Positions 9,540 to 19,571 of a stretch of DNA of 64,000 bases are shown here, one piece after another. Origin of the DNA: an uncultured Desulfobacteraceae bacterium. Lineage in GTDB: Bacteria > Desulfobacterota > DSM-4660 > Desulfatiglandales > HGW-15. How positions within the stretch are numbered: position 1 is the first letter of the stretch; each line of letters opens with the position of its first letter. The notes under the pieces were generated by a model that was not told the DNA's origin, made no database searches, and saw only the letters and a list, made by a program, of their open reading frames with translations. The stretch covers positions 13,414 through 77,413 of the forward strand of contig CAYQNR010000001.1 of the NCBI GenBank assembly GCA_964418945.1, read 5' to 3'. The position numbers were made by a program, and so were the translations under genes.

Positions 9540-10013
9540 ATGCTTAGAATCAGGTTCATAGTGATCGATCGCACCAGAACTCCCTTTCTAAAGGAAGGTG
9601 AAACCCTTTTCCTGAAACGTCTAAGGAGATATGCCCAGATCGAATGGATCGAGGTCAAACCCTCAAAAATCACAAAGGGTCGCCCCCCGCAGGAGATTCT
9701 TGACAGGGAAGGCCGGGCAATAGCCCGATTCTTGAATCCGCGTGATTATGTTGTTGCGCTTGACAAATCCGGGCTCCAGTATGATTCAGAGGGTCTTGCC
9801 GACTGGTTGAAAAAGCTATCCACCACTACCGGGGGCTGGATATGCTTTGTTATCGGAGGACCTACAGGGCTGTCTGCGGAGATTAAAGGCCAGGCCCAAG
9901 AGATCTTGTCCCTGTCCAAACTGACCCTAACCCACGAAATGTGCAGGCTTTTTTTGCTTGAACAGGTTTACAGGGCCTTCACCATAATGGAAGGCAGAAG
10001 GTATCACAAATGA
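9540..10013 (+). CDS. rlmH: 23S rRNA (pseudouridine1915-N3)-methyltransferase RlmH (SPOUT)
   Basis: ~157 aa with the C-terminal motif LSLSKLTLTHEMCRLFLLEQVYRAFTI..G..YHK typical of RlmH. Confidence 0.85.
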   Translation: MLRIRFIVIDRTRTPFLKEGETLFLKRLRRYAQIEWIEVKPSKITKGRPPQEILDREGRAIARFLNPRDYVVALDKSGLQYDSEGLADWLKKLSTTTGGWICFVIGGPTGLSAEIKGQAQEILSLSKLTLTHEMCRLFLLEQVYRAFTIMEGRRYHK

Positions 10014-10020
10014 AGGTTCT

Positions 10021-10386
10021 TTAATTGCTCGCGCTGGCCTCCAGGGCAATCTTTATCTTGTTCTTAAGTTCCGTTAAATCAAATGATTTGATGACATAGA
10101 AGTCAGCGGCAATGGACTTCATATCCTCCTTGAAGGTATCATAGGCGGTGCAAAGAATAACCGGAAGGTTATAATAATTGTTGCGTATATCCTGCAGCAG
10201 GTCAAGCCCGTTATAATCCACCATCTTTATATCCAATACAATCAGGTCAGGTTTTTCTTCCTCTATCTTTTCCAGCAATTTATATCCGCTGTCGGCCGTA
10301 ATTACCTCGTATCCATCCTCTGTCAATTCCTCGGAATACAGGAAACGGATGTGCTCCTCATCGTCAACAATCAGTATCTTAGCCAT
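10021..10386 (-). CDS. Single-domain response regulator (CheY-like receiver)
   Basis: MAKILIVDDEE..., phospho-acceptor context LIVLDIKM, and a conserved K near ...YVIKSFD. Confidence 0.85.
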   Translation of the reverse strand: MAKILIVDDEEHIRFLYSEELTEDGYEVITADSGYKLLEKIEEEKPDLIVLDIKMVDYNGLDLLQDIRNNYYNLPVILCTAYDTFKEDMKSIAADFYVIKSFDLTELKNKIKIALEASASN

Positions 10387-10434
10387 AAACTATTTACCCC
10401 CTGACAGTACCTCTTATGGGAGATTATCAAAAAA

Positions 10435-10779
10435 TTTGATCCGGTTAATAAGTACGTAAACAAATAAACGATTAAACCTTATCCGCCTTCGCAGAAGACC
10501 ACGGGTTTACCCGTGGGGCTCCATTATAAGTACCTTAATGGCCCATGGGGCTCTCTTTTAAGCACCGAAAACATTAACAGCATGCGAATTACGTAAGGTG
10601 CCACCCAGGCGGGCGGAATACTTATGAGATATTAGAAAATTCTCGAGTCCGGCCAGATCCGGAAAAGGCTACCCGCCCGCCTCGTCTGGTTTTGTGCGCG
10701 GTCAGTGCCCATAAACGAGTTCGCCGCTTAAAGAGAGCCCCATGGGCCATATAGCGCAAAATATCTTAGATATCATTAT
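10435..10779 (-). mobile_element. MITE-like composite element, copy B (inverted; one TIR missing)
   Basis: One TIR is TTTGATCCGGTTAATAAGTACG. It carries the hairpin segment CCACGGGTTTACCCGTGG and the inner module at 10540-10748 bounded by GGCCCATGGGG/CCCCATGGGCC. Homology on the far arm stops at about 10779 with no TIR. Confidence 0.75.
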
Positions 10780-10960
10780 AATTTTATCACAAAACCAAAA
10801 AAGGTGCAAATATTATTGTGGCTTGTTTAGCCTCCATCCGGTCTGGAGCAACCATGGGATTACATGAGCAATAGATCCCATTCCGTGGAACTGTCAAGTT
10901 CGAAAGGAAAGTACGATTACAGATGGTGCCCTCATGGTGGACTAGGGTGCTATTTATAAA

Positions 10961-10989
10961 TTTACAACAAACAATAATAATGGTATAAT
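10961..10989 (+). promoter_or_regulatory. Putative sigma-70 promoter for ftsH
   Basis: TTTACA-N17-TATAAT, about 40 nt upstream of the ftsH TTG start, which itself has an AGGAGG RBS. Confidence 0.5.
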
Positions 10990-11030
10990 TAATATTATAA
11001 TTTTCAACCTAAACAGGAGGTTTTTTCCAA

Positions 11031-12848
11031 TTGAACCCATTTTACAAAAATCTTGCCCTGTGGCTGGTCATAAGCCTGATGGTAATTATGTTATTTCAGG
11101 TCTTCAAACAGCAGGACAGGACCAGCACAACCATTGGATACAGCGATTTTCTCAGCATGGTGGAGAGCGGGAGCGTCATCCAGGTAGTTATTGAGGGCCA
11201 AAATATTACCGGGACTTCTTCACAAGGACCCTTTAAGACTTTCGCTCCTCAGGACAATGAGCTGATACCCATATTGAGGCGTAACGACGTCAAGATATCT
11301 GTAAAACCCGAAGAAAGTTCTCAATGGTTTCAGATGTTTATCTCATGGATTCCCATGCTGCTCCTTTTGGGCATCTGGATATTCTTTTTACGCCAGATGC
11401 AGGCAGGCGGAGGCAAGGCCCTTTCCTTCGGAAAGAGCCGCGCCAGGCTGATGAGTGATTCACAGGAAAAGGTGACATTTGAGGATGTTGCCGGCATTGA
11501 TGAGGCCAAGGAAGAACTCCAGGAGATTATTGAATTCCTGCGTGATCCAAAGAAATATACGCGATTAGGAGGCAGGATCCCCAAAGGTGTGCTTCTTGTC
11601 GGTTCTCCAGGAAGCGGCAAAACACTCCTGGCCAGGGCCATAGCAGGAGAAGCGGCTGTCCCCTTCTTCAGCATAAGCGGTTCGGACTTCGTTGAAATGT
11701 TTGTCGGGGTTGGAGCGTCCAGGGTAAGGGACCTGTTCATACAGGGCAAAAAAAACGCCCCCTGTATAATCTTTATTGATGAGATAGATGCTGTCGGCCG
11801 TCACCGGGGCGCCGGCCTGGGCGGCGGACATGATGAGAGGGAACAGACCCTTAATCAGCTCCTCGTGGAAATGGACGGTTTTGAATCAAACGAGGGCGTG
11901 ATTCTTATCTCCGCTACCAATAGGCCCGACGTCCTTGATCCCGCCCTTTTAAGGCCTGGACGATTCGACCGGCAGATAGTGGTCCCTGTTCCGGACATAA
12001 GAGGCAGGGAAGGGATACTTAAAGTGCACACAAAAAAGACACTCCTTTCGGATAATGTCGATATAGTTGTCCTTGCCAGGGGAACGCCAGGTTTTACAGG
12101 CGCTGATCTGGAAAACATGGTGAATGAGGCGGCGCTGCTGGCGGCAAGGAGAGGCAAGGATAAGGTGGAGATGCCGGACTTTGAGGACGCCAAAGACAAA
12201 GTGCTGATGGGAACCGAGCGGAGAAGCATGATCATCAGCAATGAAGAGAAAAAGGCAACCGCCTATCATGAATCAGGACATGCTCTCGTCGCCAAGCTGC
12301 TTCCCGACACGGACCCTATTCATAAGGTCACCATTATTCCCAGGGGAAGGGCTCTCGGTCTTACACAACAGCTTCCTATAGACGAAAAGCATACTTATCC
12401 TAAAGATTATCTCTTAAACAACATCTGTATATTAATGGGAGGAAGGGCCGCGGAAGAGCTGGTACTCAATACAAAGACCACTGGGGCCGGCAACGATATT
12501 GAAAGGGCAACTGAAATTGCCAGAAAGATGGTCTGCGATTACGGTATGAGCGATAAGCTCGGTCCCCTTACATTCGGGAAAAAAGAGGAACAGATATTCC
12601 TGGGCAGAGAGATCTCCCAGCACAGAGACTATAGTGAAGAGACTGCACGGATGATCGATCAGGAAGTAAGAGATATTGTATCAAAGGCCTATAATAAAAC
12701 CCATAAGCTCATTGAGGATAATCTGGATAAACTCCACGCCATGGCCAACGCCCTTTTGGAAAAGGAAACCCTGGAAGGCCGGGATATAGATAATATCATG
12801 GCCGGACAATCCGAACCAGGCAAAGATTCGGAGGTTAAACAGGTTTGA
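11031..12848 (+). CDS. ftsH: ATP-dependent zinc metalloprotease FtsH
   Basis: Walker A GSPGSGKT, Walker [12 protein letters not shown] region and zinc motif HESGHAL. Two N-terminal TM segments. Confidence 0.95.
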   Translation: MNPFYKNLALWLVISLMVIMLFQVFKQQDRTSTTIGYSDFLSMVESGSVIQVVIEGQNITGTSSQGPFKTFAPQDNELIPILRRNDVKISVKPEESSQWFQMFISWIPMLLLLGIWIFFLRQMQAGGGKALSFGKSRARLMSDSQEKVTFEDVAGIDEAKEELQEIIEFLRDPKKYTRLGGRIPKGVLLVGSPGSGKTLLARAIAGEAAVPFFSISGSDFVEMFVGVGASRVRDLFIQGKKNAPCIIFIDEIDAVGRHRGAGLGGGHDEREQTLNQLLVEMDGFESNEGVILISATNRPDVLDPALLRPGRFDRQIVVPVPDIRGREGILKVHTKKTLLSDNVDIVVLARGTPGFTGADLENMVNEAALLAARRGKDKVEMPDFEDAKDKVLMGTERRSMIISNEEKKATAYHESGHALVAKLLPDTDPIHKVTIIPRGRALGLTQQLPIDEKHTYPKDYLLNNICILMGGRAAEELVLNTKTTGAGNDIERATEIARKMVCDYGMSDKLGPLTFGKKEEQIFLGREISQHRDYSEETARMIDQEVRDIVSKAYNKTHKLIEDNLDKLHAMANALLEKETLEGRDIDNIMAGQSEPGKDSEVKQV

Positions 12849-13714
12849 CAGGTTTCCGCAGAGAGGAGTTCGTCCTTAGATGGAACAATCACTCTTTAAA
12901 CCTGGGTAAAAGGACCCTTATAATGGGTGTCCTTAATGTTACTCCCGATTCCTTTTCAGACGGCGGCCTATTCTTTAAAAAGGACAGGGCTATAGAACAA
13001 GGACTGGCAATGGCGCGTGAAGGTGCGGATATCATTGATATCGGCGGTGAGTCCACCAGGCCCTATGCCGAAACCCTTTCCCATGATGAGGAACTGGCAC
13101 GCGTTATTCCCGTCATCGAGGCCCTCAGTAAGGAGATAAACCTAATTATCAGCATAGATACTACCAAGGCTCCCGTGGCCGGAAGGGCCTTGAGCGCCGG
13201 CGCTTGCATGATCAACGATATCAGCGCCCTCAGGTTCGATCCTGAGATGGCCTCGGTTGCTGCGGAGGCAGGCGTCCCCATCATACTCATGCACATGCAG
13301 GGAACCCCTGGCAATATGCAGGATAATCCCACTTATAACAGGCTGATCCCCGAGATATTTGACTTTCTTAAGGATGCCATAGACCGGGCAACAAGAGCCG
13401 GCATTAGAAAAGACCTTATAGTTGTAGATCCCGGGCTGGGTTTCGGTAAGAAATTTCATCATAACCTGGAGATAATTAATGGCCTACACCGTTTCAGCTC
13501 ACTGGGACGACCGGTTCTTCTGGGGATTTCAAGAAAGGCCTTTATAGGCCATATCCTAGACAAGACGCCCCCTGAAAGAGATACGGGAACCATGGCCAGC
13601 GTTTCCGCCGCTATAATGAACGGCGCTCACATCGTCAGGGTGCATAATATCAAAATGACATTGGAAACGGTCAAGATTATTGACGCTATCCGGACGGCGG
13701 ACGAGAAAGGATAA
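12845..13714 (+). CDS. folP: Dihydropteroate synthase
   Basis: [25 protein letters not shown] and DPGLGFGK motifs. The classic ftsH-folP linkage. The start is uncertain (TTG overlapping the ftsH stop). Confidence 0.9.
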   Translation: MTGFRREEFVLRWNNHSLNLGKRTLIMGVLNVTPDSFSDGGLFFKKDRAIEQGLAMAREGADIIDIGGESTRPYAETLSHDEELARVIPVIEALSKEINLIISIDTTKAPVAGRALSAGACMINDISALRFDPEMASVAAEAGVPIILMHMQGTPGNMQDNPTYNRLIPEIFDFLKDAIDRATRAGIRKDLIVVDPGLGFGKKFHHNLEIINGLHRFSSLGRPVLLGISRKAFIGHILDKTPPERDTGTMASVSAAIMNGAHIVRVHNIKMTLETVKIIDAIRTADEKG

Positions 13715-13717
13715 GAT

Positions 13718-14485
13718 ATGCTTCTGTGTATTGATGTTGGCAATACAAACATCGTTCTGGGGGTCGCCAAACAGGACCGGATTCTTGCCCATTGGCGAAT
13801 AAGGACTGAAAAAGACGCCACGCCGGACGAAATCGGGATCACCATGGGCAATCTCTTCAAGTCCTCGGGGCTCCGGATGGAAGACGTCACCGACATTATT
13901 ATCTCATGCGTCGTCCCTTCACTTTTAAACGTCCTTGAGGAATTTTCCCAGCGCTACTTGGGTATCAGGCCCATGATAGTGGGCCCTGGATTAAAAACAG
14001 GCATTCACATTAAATACGATAATCCGAAGGAGGTGGGCGCGGACAGGGTTGTTAACGCCGTAGCCGCTTATGAAAAATACCGCACCGGTCTGATTATAGT
14101 CGATTTCGGAACAGCCACTACCTTTGATTGCGTTTCCAGGGATGGGGCTTGGATTGGAGGAGCCATAGCGCCCGGGGTTATTATCTCATGCGAGGCCCTT
14201 TTTGAAAAGGCATCCAAACTGCCCAGAGTGGAGATTTTCGCTAAACCGAAAAATGTCATCGCCAAAGACACCATAAGCGCTATGAATGCAGGGATTATTT
14301 ACGGATTTGCGGGCCTCGTAGACGGGATAGTAAGGCGTATCAAGAAGGAGATGGGTGAAACGCTCACGGTTATAGCAACGGGAGGTATCGCGCCCATCAT
14401 TCTCAAAGAATCGGAGACTATTGAACACGTGGATGAATCCCTGACCCTCCAGGGTCTGATGATAATCCATGGGAGGAACAGTTGA
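13718..14485 (+). CDS. coaX: Type III pantothenate kinase
   Basis: N-terminal [15 protein letters not shown] and GADR motifs. 255 aa. Confidence 0.9.
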   Translation: MLLCIDVGNTNIVLGVAKQDRILAHWRIRTEKDATPDEIGITMGNLFKSSGLRMEDVTDIIISCVVPSLLNVLEEFSQRYLGIRPMIVGPGLKTGIHIKYDNPKEVGADRVVNAVAAYEKYRTGLIIVDFGTATTFDCVSRDGAWIGGAIAPGVIISCEALFEKASKLPRVEIFAKPKNVIAKDTISAMNAGIIYGFAGLVDGIVRRIKKEMGETLTVIATGGIAPIILKESETIEHVDESLTLQGLMIIHGRNS

Positions 14486-15384
14486 AAATTAAACCTCCGC
14501 CGCTCAGGCCCGGGGATGGGATCGGTATAATTGCACCATCAGGTCCGGTGACCCGATCTGAACTGCAGCCGGCCGTAGATCTTCTTACGGCAAGAGGATA
14601 TCATGTTATCGAGACCCCCCATACATATTCCAGACAAGATTATCTGGCCGGTCACGATGATCTCCGTTTGAGAGACCTCCATTCCGTGTTTCATGATCAA
14701 GATATAAAGGCCGTCCTCTGCGCTCGGGGGGGCTATGGGACCCTCAGACTGCTTGATAGAATCGATTACATCCTGATCCGAAAGCATCCCAAAATCATTG
14801 TCGGTTACAGCGATATCACCGCGCTTCTGCTTGCCATATATAAAAAGACGGGGCTGGTGACCTTTCATGGCCCGGTGGTAAAGGATATCTCGGGAGACCG
14901 GCTTAAGAATCTGGATGCCTTCCTTGATCTGGCTTCATCCCCGAAGCATTTTTCTCTAAATCTGTCGGATGGGGAAGTCCTCACCAGTGGCAGGTCCAAG
15001 GGCTTCCTTATAGGGGGGAATCTGACTCTCATCTCCCATTTGATAGGAACGCCCTTCATGCCTTCCATAAAAGGGGCTATACTATTCATAGAAGAAAGAG
15101 GGGAACCCCTATACAGGATAGACAGAATGCTGTCACATCTGAGACTCAGCGGCCTATTGAAAAACCTGGCTGGTTTGATAGCAGGCGAATTTTTGGATTG
15201 CGGAGATATTTCAGAAATAAATCGGTTGTTAAAAGACGTTACTTCAAACATCGGGATCCCCGTATTCAGCGGATTACCGGTCGGGCACGACGCCTTAAAC
15301 CTGTCCATCCCCCTCGGCGTGCGGGCGGTGCTGGACACGATTAACAGGACCTTATCAGCCTCGGAGCCGTGTTTGGCGGTATGA
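14482..15384 (+). CDS. ldcA: LD-carboxypeptidase (peptidase S66, muramoyltetrapeptide carboxypeptidase)
   Basis: [14 protein letters not shown] and nucleophile-serine context GYSDITAL. About 300 aa. Confidence 0.85.
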   Translation: MKIKPPPLRPGDGIGIIAPSGPVTRSELQPAVDLLTARGYHVIETPHTYSRQDYLAGHDDLRLRDLHSVFHDQDIKAVLCARGGYGTLRLLDRIDYILIRKHPKIIVGYSDITALLLAIYKKTGLVTFHGPVVKDISGDRLKNLDAFLDLASSPKHFSLNLSDGEVLTSGRSKGFLIGGNLTLISHLIGTPFMPSIKGAILFIEERGEPLYRIDRMLSHLRLSGLLKNLAGLIAGEFLDCGDISEINRLLKDVTSNIGIPVFSGLPVGHDALNLSIPLGVRAVLDTINRTLSASEPCLAV

Positions 15385-15607
15385 ACCGGTTTTTTCTTGA
15401 CACAAAGTTCCTTAATCGGGGATAAGTATTGCCTGGCTTCTGTTTAGTGTCAGGGGATATCCCCGGCAAAGATACTTGGCCTCAACAATCTCTATCAACT
15501 TCATTAGTATACAAATTCCGATACGTTTAAAGAAGGGCATGGATAGCGTCTTTTGCAAGATGAAGTTTTAAGTAGCGCCTTATCAAATGGATTGAGAGCA
15601 AGGTTTT

Positions 15608-16399
15608 ATGGTACACAAACTTTTTGATTTAACAAGGAATCTGGGAGCGTGGTCATTGAGGTACGTCTCAGGGATGGGGCTTATGGCCATATTCTTTGTA
15701 AAGGCGCTGGTATATTCCGTGACACCCCCCCTAAAGGTTATTGATTTTATAAAACGAATCCGTTTTATCGGCTCCCAATCCGTATTTCTGATCGCCCTTA
15801 TAGGTGCCTTTTCAGGCATGGTCCTGGCCCTTCAGGGATACCACACATTAAACAGGCTGGGATCAGTGGCGTTCCTGGGGCCAATGGTAGCCCTGTCCAT
15901 AATAAAAGAACTGGGGCCGGTACTTGCGGGAATAATGGTAACCGCAAGGGCCGGGTCGGCCATAACCGCTGAGATCGGCATTATGCGCATAAGCAACCAG
16001 ATTGACGCTATTGAAATGATGGGGTTGAATCCTTTCCGTTATCTTGTTGTCCCCAATTTTCTGGCCGCCGTAATCGCCCTGCCCTTGCTTACAGGTATAT
16101 TCGATTTTGTAGGGATCTTCGGCGGTTACCTTGTAGGGGTAAAAATGCTCGGAGTAGAGCCTGGCACTTATCTCGGCGAGATATCGAATTATCTGGAGAT
16201 GGGAGATATTCTTGAAGGCCTCTACAAGTCAATCAGTTTCGGTCTTATCATATCATGTGTCTCCTGTTACAAGGGATACTATATGGGCACGTCCGGATAC
16301 GGCGCGGAAGGTGTAAGCAGGGCTACAACCCAATCTGTGGTCCTATCCTCCGCGATGATCCTTATATGGGATTATTTCATGACCGCCTTACTATTTTAA
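15608..16399 (+). CDS. mlaE: Mla/Ttg2-type ABC transporter permease
   Basis: MlaE-like polytopic protein (ELGPVLAGIMVTARAGSAITAEIGIMRISNQIDA) that heads the mlaEFDCA-like operon. Confidence 0.88.
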   Translation: MVHKLFDLTRNLGAWSLRYVSGMGLMAIFFVKALVYSVTPPLKVIDFIKRIRFIGSQSVFLIALIGAFSGMVLALQGYHTLNRLGSVAFLGPMVALSIIKELGPVLAGIMVTARAGSAITAEIGIMRISNQIDAIEMMGLNPFRYLVVPNFLAAVIALPLLTGIFDFVGIFGGYLVGVKMLGVEPGTYLGEISNYLEMGDILEGLYKSISFGLIISCVSCYKGYYMGTSGYGAEGVSRATTQSVVLSSAMILIWDYFMTALLF

Positions 16400-16407
16400 G
16401 GTACGCG

Positions 16408-17154
16408 ATGATACAGATTGAAGACCTGCATAAATCCTTCGGTGAAAATAAAGTCCTTAAAGGGGTTGACTTAACCGTTAATAGAGGAGAGATCATTGTC
16501 CTTATAGGGATGAGCGGATACGGCAAGAGCGTTCTATTAAAACACGTCCCCGGGTTGTTTAGACCCGACAAGGGACGGGTGCTTATCGAAGGCGCGGATA
16601 TAGGCGCCCTTAGCGGCAAGGCTCTGGCCGGTTTGAGGAGTCGCCTGGGCTTTCTCTTTCAGGGCGGCGCCCTTTTTGAATCCATGACCATCTTTGATAA
16701 TCTGGCTTTTCCCCTGAGGGAGAAGTTGGGTTTGAACAAAAATGAGATAAAAGAAAGGGTCCTCAATGAACTGGACCAGGTGGGACTCTCAGGGGCGGAA
16801 AATAAATACCCTTCCCAGATTAGCGGCGGCATGCAGAAACGGGCCGCCCTTGCGCGTGAACTGGTATGGCGACCGGAGATAATGCTCTTTGATGAGCCGA
16901 CTACCGGCTTGGATCCCATAATCGGTCATGCCATATTGAATCTGATTGAGGACTTGCACGAACGCATGAAATTTACCGGAATCCTCGTCACCCATGAGCT
17001 ACACAGGGTATTTAAGATAGCGCATAAGGCCGCAATGCTGCACGAAGGGGTCATTAAAGCGCTGGGAACGCCGGATGAGATACTGGCCTCCGAGGACCCC
17101 TTTGTCAAGCAGTTTGTCAGCGGAGATACCGAGGGACCCATATCATTCAAATAG
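16408..17154 (+). CDS. mlaF: Mla-type ABC transporter ATP-binding protein
   Basis: Walker A GMSGYGKS, signature SGGMQKR and Walker B MLFDEPT. Start reset to the ATG at 16408 (MIQIEDLHKSFG); the track ORF runs upstream inside mlaE. Confidence 0.9.
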   Translation: MIQIEDLHKSFGENKVLKGVDLTVNRGEIIVLIGMSGYGKSVLLKHVPGLFRPDKGRVLIEGADIGALSGKALAGLRSRLGFLFQGGALFESMTIFDNLAFPLREKLGLNKNEIKERVLNELDQVGLSGAENKYPSQISGGMQKRAALARELVWRPEIMLFDEPTTGLDPIIGHAILNLIEDLHERMKFTGILVTHELHRVFKIAHKAAMLHEGVIKALGTPDEILASEDPFVKQFVSGDTEGPISFK

Positions 17155-17194
17155 TGTTTCTTTAAGGGAACAGAAATATATTCAGGAGGTCAAT

Positions 17195-17635
17195 ATGAAG
17201 AAATTTGATCTTGAATTATCCGTAGGAATATTTGTCCTTGCCGGTATCATCTGCCTCGGATACCTCTCCGTGAAGCTGGCAAAGATGGAGATCCTTGGCG
17301 GGGACAGATATAAGGTTTATGCGATGTTTTCAGATATTGGGGGATTACAAGCCGGTTCATCGGTCTCCATCGCTGGTGTGGATGTAGGGCGGGTGTCTTC
17401 AATCAGTGTGGAAGATTATGAGGCCAGGGTTGTGCTGTCACTTCCAAATGATGTAAAATTACAGGAAGATACAATCGCGTCAATAAGAACAAGGGGGCTT
17501 ATTGGTGAAAAATATCTTTCCCTGACCCCGGGCGGGTCTGAAAACATAATTGAACCGGGAGGCCGGATCAGGGATGCCATTCCGCCTGTGGATATTCTGG
17601 AATTGATCTCCAAGTATGCCTTTGGAGAGGTATAG
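17195..17635 (+). CDS. mlaD: MCE-domain protein MlaD
   Basis: N-terminal TM segment followed by an MCE domain (VSIAGVDVGRV). Start at the ATG at 17195 after CAGGAGG. Confidence 0.85.
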   Translation: MKKFDLELSVGIFVLAGIICLGYLSVKLAKMEILGGDRYKVYAMFSDIGGLQAGSSVSIAGVDVGRVSSISVEDYEARVVLSLPNDVKLQEDTIASIRTRGLIGEKYLSLTPGGSENIIEPGGRIRDAIPPVDILELISKYAFGEV

Positions 17636-17669
17636 GTGAATCCTATTAAAGCATATTAAGGGGTTCTTT

Positions 17670-18275
17670 ATGTCATTCAATGTTATTAAAAGATTAATCC
17701 CTTCAATCTCTCTCTTTTTATTCATCCCTTTAACCGTCATGGCGGGAGAACCCACCGAGAGGATTAGGGCCGTCTCCGACAAGCTCATATCCATTCTTTC
17801 CGACAGCACCTTGCTGGACCCGGAGATGGGGCAAAAGAGGGAACAGATGATTATGGAAACGGTGAACAGTGTCTTTGACTGGGAGGAATTTTCCAGGAGA
17901 GCCCTGGCAAGGCACTGGGCCAAGAGGACTGATCAGGAAAAAAGGGAGTTTGTATCCCTGTTCGGCCGCTTGGTTAAGGGCGCCTATATGGGCAAGACCA
18001 TGCAGTATTCCGATGTAAGCGTCCAGTTTACGGATGAAAAGATTGAAGGAGCATATGGTAGAGTATTAACAAATCTGATCACATCAACCGGCACACAGAC
18101 ACCGGTTGAATATCGCATGATTAAGAAGAACGGCACATGGTGGGTTTATGACGTTTATATAGAAGGGGTAAGTCTTGTAAACAACTACAGGAGTCAATTC
18201 AACAGTATTTTGGCTCGTTCCTCCTATGAAGAACTTGTTAAACGCTTGAAGAAAAAGGTTGATGAAAGGGAATAG
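17670..18275 (+). CDS. mlaC: Phospholipid-binding periplasmic protein MlaC (Ttg2D/toluene-tolerance family)
   Basis: Signal peptide and MlaC-like pattern (FDWEEFSRRALARHW, W.VYDV.IEGVSLV.NYRSQF). Position in the operon fits. Confidence 0.8.
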   Translation: MSFNVIKRLIPSISLFLFIPLTVMAGEPTERIRAVSDKLISILSDSTLLDPEMGQKREQMIMETVNSVFDWEEFSRRALARHWAKRTDQEKREFVSLFGRLVKGAYMGKTMQYSDVSVQFTDEKIEGAYGRVLTNLITSTGTQTPVEYRMIKKNGTWWVYDVYIEGVSLVNNYRSQFNSILARSSYEELVKRLKKKVDERE

Positions 18276-18287
18276 GAGAAAGTACTC

Positions 18288-19043
18288 ATGAAAAAAGCCT
18301 GCTTTCTATTTATCTGTGGCGTATTTTTTTTGGTCCATTGTCCCGGTTTCTTATTGGCAGAAGAGACCGGGCCCCCTGAATGGGCCAATGATGCAGATGC
18401 CCTTGAGGATTATTACGAACTGGAGGAAGGTTACGAGGGCATATCGGACCCCTTCGAGCCGATAAACAGGATATTTTTTAGTTTTAACGACAAGCTATAT
18501 TTCTGGTTTCTCAAGCCTGTGTCCTCCTGTTACAGGTTTGTTGTCCCTGAACCAGTAAGGACCAGTCTGGACAATTTCTTTTACAACCTGGAATTTCCGC
18601 TCCGTTTTGTTAATTGTGTTCTGCAGGCCAAGTTTGAAGGCGCTGGTTATGAATGGGGCCGGTTTGTAGTGAATTCGACGGTGGGAGCGGCGGGCTTCTT
18701 TGATGTGGCAGAAAAACATCTCCAAATAAAAAAATATAACGAAGACATGGGACAGACCCTGGGGTCCTACGGCCTTGGGAACGGCTTTTATATCAATTGG
18801 CCCTTCTTGGGCCCATCCAGCGCACGGGATACCTTAGGAGATGTGGGAGATTATTTTCTGGATCCCGTGTTTTATATAGATATCGAGACCAAGTATTCGT
18901 TGGCTGTAACGGGCCTTGAAAAAGTCAACGATACTTCATTGACCATTAATGAATACGAAGATCTTAAAAAAGCCGCCTTTGACCCCTATATCGCCCTAAG
19001 GGACGCCTATTTTCAATATCGCCAAAGCAAAATAGCTGATTAG
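18288..19043 (+). CDS. mlaA: MlaA/VacJ-family lipoprotein
   Basis: DPFEPINRIFFSFND, FVVNSTVG.AGFFDVA and GLGNGFYINWPFLGPS motifs are typical of VacJ. Confidence 0.85.
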   Translation: MKKACFLFICGVFFLVHCPGFLLAEETGPPEWANDADALEDYYELEEGYEGISDPFEPINRIFFSFNDKLYFWFLKPVSSCYRFVVPEPVRTSLDNFFYNLEFPLRFVNCVLQAKFEGAGYEWGRFVVNSTVGAAGFFDVAEKHLQIKKYNEDMGQTLGSYGLGNGFYINWPFLGPSSARDTLGDVGDYFLDPVFYIDIETKYSLAVTGLEKVNDTSLTINEYEDLKKAAFDPYIALRDAYFQYRQSKIAD

Positions 19044-19104
19044 GGACATGATTCTATGACAACAGGATCTTTCCCGGCTTAGTATCTCCATCCGGGAATT
19101 TTTT

Positions 19105-19435
19105 AGTTAATCCGGTTAATGAGTACGCTAGTTAATGATATCTAAATACTTTGCTCTATATGGCCCATGGGGTTCTCTTTTAAAAGGCGAACTCGCTTAT
19201 GTGCAATGACCCTGCACAAAACAAGACGAGGCGGGCGGGTAGCCTTTTCCAGACTTGGCCGGACTCGAGAATTTTGTGTTATCTCATAAGTATTCCGCCC
19301 GCCTGGGTGGCACCTTACGTAGTTAGCATGCTGTTAATATCTTCGCCGCTTAAAAGAGAACCCCATGGGCCATTAAGGTACCTGTAATAAGGTTTGATCT
19401 TTTTCTTCTTTACGTACTCATTAACCGGATGAACC
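19105..19435 (+). mobile_element. MITE-like composite element, copy C
   Basis: TIRs AGTTAATCCGGTTAATGAGTACG ... CGTACTCATTAACCGGATGAACC. Inner module at 19162-19371. No hairpin segment in the right arm. Confidence 0.8.
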
Positions 19436-19571
19436 AATCTTTATCACTATTCAGGAACATAGGCTGTGGACATTTAGACTATAGTCGATAGCGCAGGGGA
19501 AGACCTAAAGCTAAATAGACTGCCGCCTATTCCACCTGATATAAAAGCAATCCTTTTGTGAGGGAGTCTAA

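Noticed and set aside
10898-10907. T-loop-like GTTCGAAAGG in the ftsH upstream region, considered as a possible tRNA
   Set aside because: The flanking sequence cannot form acceptor, D or anticodon arms. Only isolated short hairpins are present (e.g. ATGGGAT...ATCCCAT).
15453-15464. 12-bp palindrome GGGGATATCCCC between ldcA and mlaE
   Set aside because: It is short, has no adjoining T-run (so it is not a terminator), and there is no second copy in the window. The evidence is insufficient to call a regulatory site.
19073-19104. Possible terminator after mlaA (CCCGG-N14-CCGGG followed by AATTTTTT)
   Set aside because: The stem is only 5 bp with a 14-nt loop, and the T-run merges into the element TIR region. 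This is too weak to list as a feature.
19199-19387. Conserved 62-aa ORF (MCNDPAQNKTRRAGSLFQTWPDSR...), nearly identical at 43438-43626 and partly overlapped by ORF 21471-21776
   Set aside because: It lies entirely inside the repeated inner module. In copy D the same frame hits a stop (…CTT TTC TAG) while a different frame is open, and copy B has further disruptive changes. Conservation therefore follows the nucleotide repeat and its structure, not a reading frame.
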